The notes beneath the pieces are model-generated. The model made no database searches and was not told the DNA's origin. It saw nothing but the letters and a program-made list of their open reading frames with translations. A program made the translations under genes and the position numbers. 64,000 bases of DNA from Minutocellus sp. GHC0000111 (Eukaryota), in NCBI GenBank assembly GCA_977018835.1, contig OZ361258.1, forward strand, positions 1-64,000, written 5' to 3'. Numbering within the stretch: position 1 is the stretch's first letter; each line of letters opens with the position of its first letter. Below, one piece after another: positions 36,501-45,557 of the stretch.

Positions 36501-37217
36501 TGCCGATGCCTTGCTGGCGCAGGAGTACACTTCCGAAAACCGACCCTGCACAATTGTAATTGTTCAGATACGATGGGATGTAACCAGATGAGACCACGGA
36601 CGTGGATGACGAGGCATGGAAGATGAAACAAAGCGACCGGCCGACTATACGCATTGTAGACATGTCAATGGCCAGCCTCCTCACCGACACAAAATATACG
36701 TGTAAATGTAACTCACCTTTCCGATCCTATGGACGAGCGTATGGACCCGATTGGCCTTGGGACAACCCCTGCTGTCCTTGCCATATCCACGGCCGGAAGA
36801 GGACGATGATGGTGGTTCCTCAATCTGCTTGCCCTCCATGGAGTCGGCCACCAAATTATTTGTAGACGTGACCGTGGTCGTGCTTGTGGCCTTGGCCTTG
36901 GGAGGGACGATGGAATTGACGTCTCCGCCAGATGACGGAGACGGGGACGGAGAGTCGGCGGTGAAAATGGCCGAGGATGTCATCTTGTTGTTCTTGGCAT
37001 TGGAATTCCTGTTGGAGCTGCTGTTCTTGTTGCTCTTGGCCTGCCGCTTGGTGTTGCTGTTGCTATTACGGCCCGCCGATGCCGATGCCTTGTTGGACTG
37101 CGAGCTTGACGTGCTCGGCTCTGTGTTATTGTTGTTGGGATTGTTCGTGAGGCCCTTGGACTTGGGCTTGGCCCTGGCCTTGTTCTTGGCGTTGGTATTG
37201 GATTTGGACTTTCCCAT
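33549..37217 (-). pseudogene. Polo-like pseudokinase fused to a C-terminal DnaJ domain (multi-exon); in-frame TAG and frameshift
   Basis: Spliced GKGRFSEV, YAIK, IHRQLVHENIV, ILELC, LTEPEAKYYL, HRDVRPAT, SGFGLA, GSPAFMAPE and SFEVDVWSIG. TAG at 35620-35622. A 1-nt loss in the run at 34536-34540 shifts the frame before the domain ending LGVSADADAKTIMKAFRKQSMQCHPDK. Confidence 0.7.
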
Positions 37218-37732
37218 GATGATCAAGGGTGTTGACGTGCTTGCTCCTTGGGTGCGGATATGTGTCGAGGCAGGTCCTTGGACGAAATTTGCACGAAGAT
37301 TTGCTTGGAGTTGGTCGGACGTGTGGCGTGCCCCGCACAAAACTAATTATCAGACGAGCCGCAAAATAATATTCGGATGGCAAAGTGAATGGCAACGCCC
37401 TGATATGCGACCTGGGAGCGAACTGCAGGGTGGCGTGAGGCTTGGCTTGTGCGTACAGAAACACAGACAACCAGCGGGGCGCAGGATACGCAAAAAGTGA
37501 AGCAAGCGGCATCCATCGGCAAGCGAGGTAGATGCGACGAAGTTTCCGGGTTCCTATTGTGGGTTTCCGGGTTTCTTTAGCAAAAGCGGCGCGGATTGCG
37601 CCACAACCGCCGCCGAGGCGTTGGAGGCGTTGAGCTGAGCACATTATTGAAGAGCAGGTAGGCGAAGAGCAAACGGCGCACAACGCATCGCTCTGCCCAC
37701 CTGCGTAGCTGCGCAATAATATCGTCAGTATT

Positions 37733-40684
37733 ATGCTCGTTTCGCTGACTTCTCCCAGCATTGCATGTGCTGACGATGCCGCTTCATCGTCAAGTCCTTC
37801 ACACCGGTCGGTCACATCATCACTTGGAGCAGCACCTTCTGACGAATCCTCGTCCTCATCTTTCTCGGTAGCCTTGGTGGGTGGCGAATCCTCGTCCTCA
37901 TCTTTCTCGGTAGCCTTGGTGGGTGGCAAGGCAGCGTCATTGGCCAAACTCTATTCCAACCCGCGCCTCTCGGGTTATGTCCCCGAGGCGTTTGCTCTCA
38001 CGGTCGACTTCTTTCGACCTCTGATTGAACAAGTTGTTGCGCTGGAAGAATTCCAGCGGGCCAGGGAGGTCATTACATCGTCGTCACCTGCAACCGACAG
38101 TGGCGATACTCGCAATGACGCAGCAGAAATCTGCAATAGGATCAAGAAGTTTGTGCACCGCGAATTGGTCATGCCCGAGGAACAACAACAGGTTCTGGCG
38201 GATCTATCGGTGCACATGGAATCCTGGAAGCTGGCGGCCGTCCGATCGAGTGCGCCTGAGGAAGACGGAACTCATGCTTCCTTCGCTGGTGCCTTCGAGA
38301 CCAAGCTGGGAGTATCACCCGATGCACTGGAAGAGGCCGTTCGAACATGCTTCTCGTCCATGTTCGACGAAAGAGTCTTTCGATATGCCCTGTTCCATTC
38401 TGACGGCGAAGATGGGCAGTCCAAGGACTTGAGATCCGGGGAACAGTTGGCATTTGCAGTCGTCGTGATGGAAATGGTGGACTCCTGCGTTGCTGGCGTT
38501 GCCTTTTCTGCCAATCCCCTGAATTCAGACAGGGACGAGTTGGTTATTGATTCCTCTTGGGGACTGGGCGAAAGCGTGGTTGATGGATCTGTTGAAGCCG
38601 ACCGATTCATTTACTGCAAAGTCAACAAAACAATTCTCGAGAGGAATATTGGCAAGAAGACGCTGGAGAAGAGACTGAATGTAACCAATGGAGGCGTTGA
38701 TACTACAACGATTGATGACGAGGCAAAACAATCGCAGAGTAGCCTTGACGAAGATCAAATCTTGGAGCTGTCGAATTTAGTTACAATTGTCGAGGAGCAG
38801 TATGGGACACCCATGGATATCGAGTTTGCAATCCAACAAGGAGGAAATTCGTTGAAGCTTCTCCAAGCTCGACCAATTACCACGCTCTTTTACATCGACG
38901 AGGACATGATGACAAATGCTGGAGAAAAGAGAATACTGTACTACGATTTCAACATTGCGAGCGAAGCGACAACGACTACACCATTCACTCACATGGACAT
39001 GCAGCTTTACACAAGAATGTCAAGTTTGATAATGGGAGTAAACTTTAACATGTTCCCACGTGACCCTCGCATGCCCATGTTCTGTGCGTCCACGCGACAA
39101 TATGCCAATCTTTCTCTCTTCTTTCGCTACATTTCACCGAAGTTTTGTGCTGAGAATGCAGATCTTCTTGACCCTTACCTGGCTGGTCTATTCCGATCGT
39201 CGGATTGTGATAGGAAGAGGTACCGGCTTGAGAAATGTCCCAAGGAGGTTAATCTACGCAATGCTTGGTGGATTGCTCGAAAAGTTCCCATGTGGAAGCT
39301 CTACAAGATCGGACGCAAATTCAAGTCGAATCCCGAAAAAGCGAAGGTGGAATACATCCAGCTCTCCGAAGAAAGTGTCGCCAATCTGAAGGCATTGCAA
39401 AAGCGAGGATTTGATCGAACCAAGGGATTACAGGCATTCGCAGACGAGCTCTTCGATACAATGCTTCCGGTCTTTTTTGAAGAGCTTGGATGCATTTTGG
39501 CTGTTGTTCTGCCAGTCTTCAACAAGTTAGATAAGAAACGAAGAAAGGGAAAGACCGCTGATATTCGGTCCGAGTACGATGCCTTGTGCTGTGGTTACGA
39601 AGGAGACGAGCTCATGGCGATGAATGTTGCAATGCACCGATTGGCATTGAAACTTCCCGCGTCGATTTGGGATGAATACAGTCACGACGATTTACATGGG
39701 CTTGCTACCCGTATCCGCGATAACATTGCTGGTGTCAAATCAGATCTTCCGGTTGATTTTATTGCGGAATGGAACAATTTCATGTATCACTTTGGCTTCG
39801 ATGGAGAAGACCAATTGTTTATAAGCTCACCGAGGTATGCGGATACACCTGTTTTTCTTCTGAGGAAATTGCGTCAGAATGTTGGGCCCAATGTGACTGA
39901 CCCCACCTTTACGCAGAACGAATTGTCCGATAAACGAAGAGCCATCATGTGTCTCCACGAAGAGAGAGCCAAGAAGAATAGGTTGTTTCGACCTTTTGCG
40001 CGGAGAAGAATCAAGAAAAGGAATGAATACCTCGAGCATCTTTTGTGGATTCGAAATGCACCAAAGATTAAATTTGCGCAGATGATTGGAGTACTGCGAG
40101 CTGAAATATTACAGATCGAAAAAGAGATGCTGAAGAAAGGTCGCCTCGCTCCCAAAGGCGATGTCTTCTATTTAGAACTCTGCGAGGTTGACAGAATTCT
40201 CAAAGATGACAGCGTCAATGCAATGGAACTTATACTGCCAAGGAAGGTAGTCCACGAGCGAGCTCTGAGAGCCACTACTTGTCCTCTACTGGTTGATTCG
40301 CGATGCAGAATTCTCAAGCCTGATCCTCCGGTACTTGATGGAAATCAGGACAGCGACCTGTTGATTGGTGCCGCCATCTCTCCCGGTTGCGCGGAAGGAA
40401 AGCTAAGAATTATCAAAAGTCCAAATGAACATTTTGAGACTGGAGAGATTCTGTGCACTTTTGTTACTAGCCCCTCGTGGACCCCACTTTTTGTTGGCGC
40501 TAGCGCGGTCATTCTCCAAATTGGCGGATTGCTACAGCATGGTGCTCTTTGTTGTCGCGAGTTCCAAAAACCAGGGGTATCCAATATTGACATCGGCCAA
40601 TTGGAAACGGGCATGTTTGTACGTGTAGATGGAGATCGGGGCATTGTCCAGATTATTGACGACAATAAATCGGATAAGTCGTAG
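37733..40684 (+). CDS. PEP-synthase/PPDK-family phosphotransferase with rifamycin phosphotransferase (RPH)/PigC architecture
   Basis: N-terminal ATP-grasp (VGGKAASL, AVRSSAPEDG..SFAG, GVAFSANP, WGLGESVVDG, PMDIEFA, LQARPIT), a long central domain, and a C-terminal His swivel (TSPSWTPLF, GGLLQHGALCCREFQKPGV). Intronless, 983 aa. Confidence 0.85.
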   Translation: MLVSLTSPSIACADDAASSSSPSHRSVTSSLGAAPSDESSSSSFSVALVGGESSSSSFSVALVGGKAASLAKLYSNPRLSGYVPEAFALTVDFFRPLIEQVVALEEFQRAREVITSSSPATDSGDTRNDAAEICNRIKKFVHRELVMPEEQQQVLADLSVHMESWKLAAVRSSAPEEDGTHASFAGAFETKLGVSPDALEEAVRTCFSSMFDERVFRYALFHSDGEDGQSKDLRSGEQLAFAVVVMEMVDSCVAGVAFSANPLNSDRDELVIDSSWGLGESVVDGSVEADRFIYCKVNKTILERNIGKKTLEKRLNVTNGGVDTTTIDDEAKQSQSSLDEDQILELSNLVTIVEEQYGTPMDIEFAIQQGGNSLKLLQARPITTLFYIDEDMMTNAGEKRILYYDFNIASEATTTTPFTHMDMQLYTRMSSLIMGVNFNMFPRDPRMPMFCASTRQYANLSLFFRYISPKFCAENADLLDPYLAGLFRSSDCDRKRYRLEKCPKEVNLRNAWWIARKVPMWKLYKIGRKFKSNPEKAKVEYIQLSEESVANLKALQKRGFDRTKGLQAFADELFDTMLPVFFEELGCILAVVLPVFNKLDKKRRKGKTADIRSEYDALCCGYEGDELMAMNVAMHRLALKLPASIWDEYSHDDLHGLATRIRDNIAGVKSDLPVDFIAEWNNFMYHFGFDGEDQLFISSPRYADTPVFLLRKLRQNVGPNVTDPTFTQNELSDKRRAIMCLHEERAKKNRLFRPFARRRIKKRNEYLEHLLWIRNAPKIKFAQMIGVLRAEILQIEKEMLKKGRLAPKGDVFYLELCEVDRILKDDSVNAMELILPRKVVHERALRATTCPLLVDSRCRILKPDPPVLDGNQDSDLLIGAAISPGCAEGKLRIIKSPNEHFETGEILCTFVTSPSWTPLFVGASAVILQIGGLLQHGALCCREFQKPGVSNIDIGQLETGMFVRVDGDRGIVQIIDDNKSDKS
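37844..37927 (+). repeat. Exact 42-bp tandem duplication within the CDS (ESSSSSFSVALVGG x2)
   Basis: GAATCCTCGTCCTCATCTTTCTCGGTAGCCTTGGTGGGTGGC occurs twice in tandem. Confidence 0.95.
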
Positions 40685-40986
40685 TCGGTGGAATTCCAAA
40701 GGGAAGAAATGATAGTAAAAAGACTAAATGATTGTTGTAGAATTGATACATAAATCATGGATGCCTAGCTAGGTTCTTAGTCTACCTTCGAGGTAAACGA
40801 CGGTGCCATCGAGGAACGCACTGTAACCTTTCGACTCTATGAGGCGGTCTGCCGTTCTAATCTGTCTCTATGTACCGGTACACATTTACGATACAAGATA
40901 ACTGTGCCACTCTTCAATACAATTTCAATATAAGATTAAATCCCCCCTCGCCTGCTTCTTCCTTTGCCAGCAGATCTATGTACATG

Positions 40987-41046
40987 TCAGCAGACGGCAC
41001 ATTCTTCTTACCGGTATCAGCAGACGGCACATTCTTCTTACCGGTA
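40987..41046. repeat. Exact 30-bp tandem duplication, intergenic/3' UTR
   Basis: TCAGCAGACGGCACATTCTTCTTACCGGTA x2. Confidence 0.95.
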
Positions 41047-41106
41047 TCCAATATATTTTTAGATTCGATTCTACGCACCGGTAGAGCTAGATCTACTGTA
41101 GAAGAT

Positions 41107-42729
41107 CTAGTTCACACCGGCACCAATGGTCTCCTCAACGAACTTGTTGAAGGCCTCGACCGTGCGCACCTCGGAGTCGTATTTGACGACGGTACCATCG
41201 GCCTTGACGACGTTGACGGTGGGGAAGGACTCGGTGTTGAGCTCGGCCTGGACGAATTCACGCTCCTCATCTCCGCGGAACTTGTAGACGTCAATGTCAG
41301 CCTGCCCAGCGAACTTGCCGAACTCCTCCTCCATTCCTTGGCAGAACTGCACTTCCAACAATCGATCGAATACATATCATAACCAGCCAAAGAATCAGAT
41401 CCGCATAGTGTAGCACCAAAAATTACATGAATGCGAGTCGTCGTCATCAGTGAACACCAACACCAACATCAAAACAATCAACCCAAGCACACGATATGAT
41501 TGCCGAGATCGGTGGATTTGGAAAGAAAGGAGTATGTGTGATGAGTTAGAATAGATATATTTGGGGAAAGAAGCACAAACGTACAAATGCAAGCCAACAA
41601 ACCAATTGATTCAAAATACAAATGATTGACGCACCTGGCACCACGGAGCGTAGACGGCGATGACGGCGGGCTTGCCGGAGGCGACGACCTCCTTGGCGGC
41701 ATCGTTGGAATCGAGGTTCTTGACGGCACCGTCCTCCCAGAGGTCGCGGTCGAAGGTCTTCTCGGCACCGGCGACGTGGATGCCGCACTCGGTCTTGGTC
41801 GAGCCGTCCTTGTTGGCAAGACCGACGAAGCGGCCCTTGCGCTCGGAGGCGTAGTCGAGCCAGGGGGTCGGGTCGCCCTCGAACTTGAAGTCGACGAAGC
41901 GGGTGGATCTGTCCTCGGGGATGGGGATGGTGTCCTTGGCGTCGCCGATGGAGGGGTATCCCTTGGCGTGGAGGGGGTGGTGCGGGACCTCGTACTTGGC
42001 AATGTAATCGAAGGTGTCCTCGAGGGTCCAGTAGGCGAGGGGGTTGCACTTGGCGAGGCCGCCTCCGATGGGGGCGTTCTCGAACTGGTCGATCCAGGCG
42101 CGCTCGAATCCCTGCCAGCGGGTGCGGCCGTTGATCATGCAGTTGGTGTTGAGGGTCTTGAGACCGCGCTGGAAGGGCTCGACCTTGCAGACCTTGTCGT
42201 ACTGCTCGATGTCCTCCTTCCAGAGGTTGGCTCCGTACTTCTTGTCGTAGGCCTCCTTGTCACCGACGGGGACGCCCTCGGCGCAGAAGACCTCGGCCTT
42301 GAAGCCGTAGAAGTCCTCGATCTCGCGGAGGAACTCCATGGTCTCGGGGAAGAGGTGGAAGGTGTCGACGACCATGATCTTGGCCTTGCCGTCCTTGAGG
42401 TAGCCGAGGCGGTGGAGAAGGTGGGTGATGACGACGTCGCCGGCGATCATGGCGTTGGGGAAGACGGCGTTGCCGTAGTTCTCGCACGAGATCTTGAGGG
42501 CGAACATGGCCTGCTCCTCGAGGTACTTGAGGCGCATCTCCTTGGACTCGGCGATGAACTTCTCCTGGTCGAAGGCATCGTCATCGGAGGCCATGGAAAG
42601 GGCCATGGAGCCGGGGGTGACGGCCGCCGACGAGCGGGCGACGCTCATCTTGGAGGGGACGTACGCGCTGGGAGCGAACGCGACGGCGGCGGAAGCGCCG
42701 GCGAGGAAAAGGGAGGCACAGAACTTCAT
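41107..42729 (-). CDS. APR: Plastid APS reductase (APR-B type, no Fe-S cysteines) with C-terminal thioredoxin domain; intron 41347-41634
   Basis: Signal peptide + VAFAP; VDTFHLFPET, KVEPF, GRTRWQ, KCNPLAYW, GYPSIGD and ECGIH; spliced YAPWCQ|FCQ. Very strong C/G-ending codon bias. Confidence 0.92.
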
Positions 42730-43397
42730 CTTTTAGTTTGGAGAGGAAAACGGGGAGATATGAAGCAAGGTATCTTCTTTCTACGTATCTGCCGATAATA
42801 TGTGTTCTTCCGCGCACAGACGTGCGTGCATGAAAGTTCAAAGGCGGATGGACGGTCAGTAAGATTCTCTACTCCCAGTCCAAATTTTACCAATTTTTTC
42901 CTCAACTCTTACATTTGAGGAGTACTATTCATCGTTCGACGGACGACTGCAAGACGAAATCAGATGGATTTCTACGTACGGCAAGCTCATGTCTTGTGAC
43001 TTGCTTGTGACGTCTTCGGCCCAGAGGCGAGAAAAGATACGCCGCAATTCGGCCTCACTTTTGCGACCACCCCCCGAAAACCAGCACATGAATTGACTGA
43101 TGGATCAAAAGAGAACATCTTTCGCTCGGCTCCACATATCATCATCTGCCCCCGCGCCTCATGTTTGTGTCGCATCATAGGCCTGTGATGAGAGCGTCGA
43201 GGAGGATCCAAGATGATCCTCAACACGGACTATCGGCGTACCTAGCTACGTACTAGTAGCTAGGTAAGCAAGTAGGCAGAACTCGGCCTCGACGGTGGAC
43301 GCAATGAGAATCACCGCAAAACGAGATATTCCCAGTATTATTTTCCTTCACCATCATAAATCCAAGGCCCAAACCATTTAGCATTCTCGCCATCACC

Positions 43398-45428
43398 ATG
43401 ACTACTCGTCGGCTTCCAAGCCTTTTCCTTCTCCTTGCCGCCGCGCTCGTGTTCGACGTTGCGACTGCCTTTGCACCGACTGGCACCACTATCGCAGCCA
43501 AAGATCTTAGGCGCCACCTTTACATTGATCCTGAAAATCGCTCCAGCCCACTGGAACCCAGCAAGTCTCCTAAAACAAAATCCGGCAATGGTAGGGAGAA
43601 TGAGAAAGCCAAAGATACTGGCGCCCACCCTGGATTTGTCCAAGGTCTCACCGACAAAGCAGAAACTTGCACTAGTTGTATCCCCGAGAATGTATCTGCA
43701 AAAACGAAAAAGCGCCTTGAGCGTCTCCTATCACCGAGGCCACACCCAGTTTTTCTTCTCGAGAAGTCGACCAAAATTGCCGAAGACTCACTTGGAGGTG
43801 TAATGTCTATGCTCTTGCCGGACAAGCTAACATCACCAACAAGCACGGCTGATGCTTCCGATAAAGCGAAAGAAAAGAAGAAACTAGTCATTCTAGGAAG
43901 TGGATGGGGATGTGCTGCCATGGTGCAGGATCGAGACCTCACTGAAAAGTTCGACGTTACCATTATCAGCCCCAGGAACCACTTCGTGTATACGCCGATG
44001 CTGGCAAGTTCAGCTGGTAAGTTTTCCACTCGTCGCGCATGCTGCTACGTATGTATCTGTGCCAATTGTGTTATTCACCCCTGGTGTTGTTATTCTTTTT
44101 TCTCATGTCCGCATCTGCATTTAGTTGGAACGGTCGAGCCCCGCTCGATTTCGGAGCCGATCCGCGCAATCAGTCGCAACAAGGCCACCTATCTCGAAGC
44201 CTCAGCCCTGTCCGTTGACCAAGAATTCAAGAAGATATCTTGCGAGGGCATGGTTTGCGACGAAGAGTGCATTATGAACGACTTCGATGTGCAATATGAC
44301 ACCCTCGTCGCCGCTGTCGGTGCTCAGACGAATACATTTGGAATCAAGGGTGTCGCAGAGCACTGTGAGTTCCTGAAAGAAATCGAGCAGGCCCGAGTAA
44401 TTCGCAAAAAGTTGCTCAATTGCTTTGAGAGAGCCAACGTCCCTAATTTGTCGGACGAGGAGCGTCGCAAGCTCTTGACGTTTGCAATTATTGGTGCCGG
44501 GCCAACGGGCATCGAATTTGCATCTGAACTAGCAGACTTTGTTGAACAAGATGTTCCCAAGTACTGGCCTCATCTCCTTTCTTTTGTCAGTATCAAGCTC
44601 ATTGATGCGAATCCAACTGTCCTTCAGCCTTTTGATAAGGATCTTCAAGATGCAGCCATCGAAGCTTTACAACATCGTTTTACAACTCCAGTAATAAAGG
44701 ACGGCCAAGTTGATGGGCAGAGCCAACGGTCTTTTGTAGAGCTTATTCTCAACCAAAGGGTGAACGAAGTCACGGAGGATACTATTACTCTCTCTAATGG
44801 TCGCGAGATTTCCTATAGTGTAGCAACATGGGCTGGTGGTATTGGTTCTTTGCCCATCACCTTAGACATTATCAATGGTCTCGGCGACCAACAAAAGGAT
44901 TGTCAGGGCATTGCCAAGGGGAAAATCGTTGTAGACCCCTACCTTCGTGCCATCGGGGCACACGATAGTTCTGTTTTTGCCATTGGCGACTGTGCATGCG
45001 TAAAAACCTCATGTCTTCCATCGAACGCTCAGGTAGCAAGCCAAGAGGGGGAGTATCTAGCCCATCTTCTAGCAAGCTCTGATCTCGAACCATCGTTTGA
45101 AGGTGACTCACTTCTCCCTCCAAGCCTTAGTAGAAGAAGCCTAGCCGATGCCGTGGCCTCTCTTGCCACAGGAGATTGGGAATACGCCTATCCATTTCAA
45201 TTCCTAGACCTAGGCATTCTAGCCTACACTGGAAAGTCCTCGGCCTTGGCTCAAGTCAAGGCAGCACCTGCCGAAAACGCAAAAATGAAGCTTAGAGGAA
45301 ACATTGGATTCGCCGTTTGGCGAAGCGTCTACATGGCCAAGAGCCCCTCGATGCGGAACCGTATGCTTTTGGCCTTTGACTGGGCCAAGGCGAAGCTCTT
45401 CGGCAGGGATATTACCTTGATTGATTGA
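43398..45428 (+). CDS. Type II NAD(P)H dehydrogenase (NDH-2), plastid-targeted; intron 44017-44124
   Basis: Signal peptide + TAFAP; ILGSGWG, SPRNHFVYTPML, IIGAGPTGIEFASEL, FAIGDC, AQVASQEG and DWAKAKLFGRD. Confidence 0.9.
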   Translation: MTTRRLPSLFLLLAAALVFDVATAFAPTGTTIAAKDLRRHLYIDPENRSSPLEPSKSPKTKSGNGRENEKAKDTGAHPGFVQGLTDKAETCTSCIPENVSAKTKKRLERLLSPRPHPVFLLEKSTKIAEDSLGGVMSMLLPDKLTSPTSTADASDKAKEKKKLVILGSGWGCAAMVQDRDLTEKFDVTIISPRNHFVYTPMLASSAGKFSTRRACCYVCICANCVIHPWCCYSFFSCPHLHLVGTVEPRSISEPIRAISRNKATYLEASALSVDQEFKKISCEGMVCDEECIMNDFDVQYDTLVAAVGAQTNTFGIKGVAEHCEFLKEIEQARVIRKKLLNCFERANVPNLSDEERRKLLTFAIIGAGPTGIEFASELADFVEQDVPKYWPHLLSFVSIKLIDANPTVLQPFDKDLQDAAIEALQHRFTTPVIKDGQVDGQSQRSFVELILNQRVNEVTEDTITLSNGREISYSVATWAGGIGSLPITLDIINGLGDQQKDCQGIAKGKIVVDPYLRAIGAHDSSVFAIGDCACVKTSCLPSNAQVASQEGEYLAHLLASSDLEPSFEGDSLLPPSLSRRSLADAVASLATGDWEYAYPFQFLDLGILAYTGKSSALAQVKAAPAENAKMKLRGNIGFAVWRSVYMAKSPSMRNRMLLAFDWAKAKLFGRDITLID

Positions 45429-45557
45429 GGAGCGTCTGCGGACACACACACACACACATTAGATTTTCAAGTAATGCATTTTTTTCTAGCTAGCAGGGAA
45501 ACGAATTGCACATTACTTTATTTTCAAGTCCCCACTTATTTGTTTGAGTACACACAA

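Noticed and set aside
41626..42798. 390-aa plus-strand ORF
   Set aside because: Antisense shadow of the codon-biased APR gene.
45442..45458. (CA)n tract, plus CAG/GGC tracts near 13582 and 12908
   Set aside because: Ordinary microsatellites.
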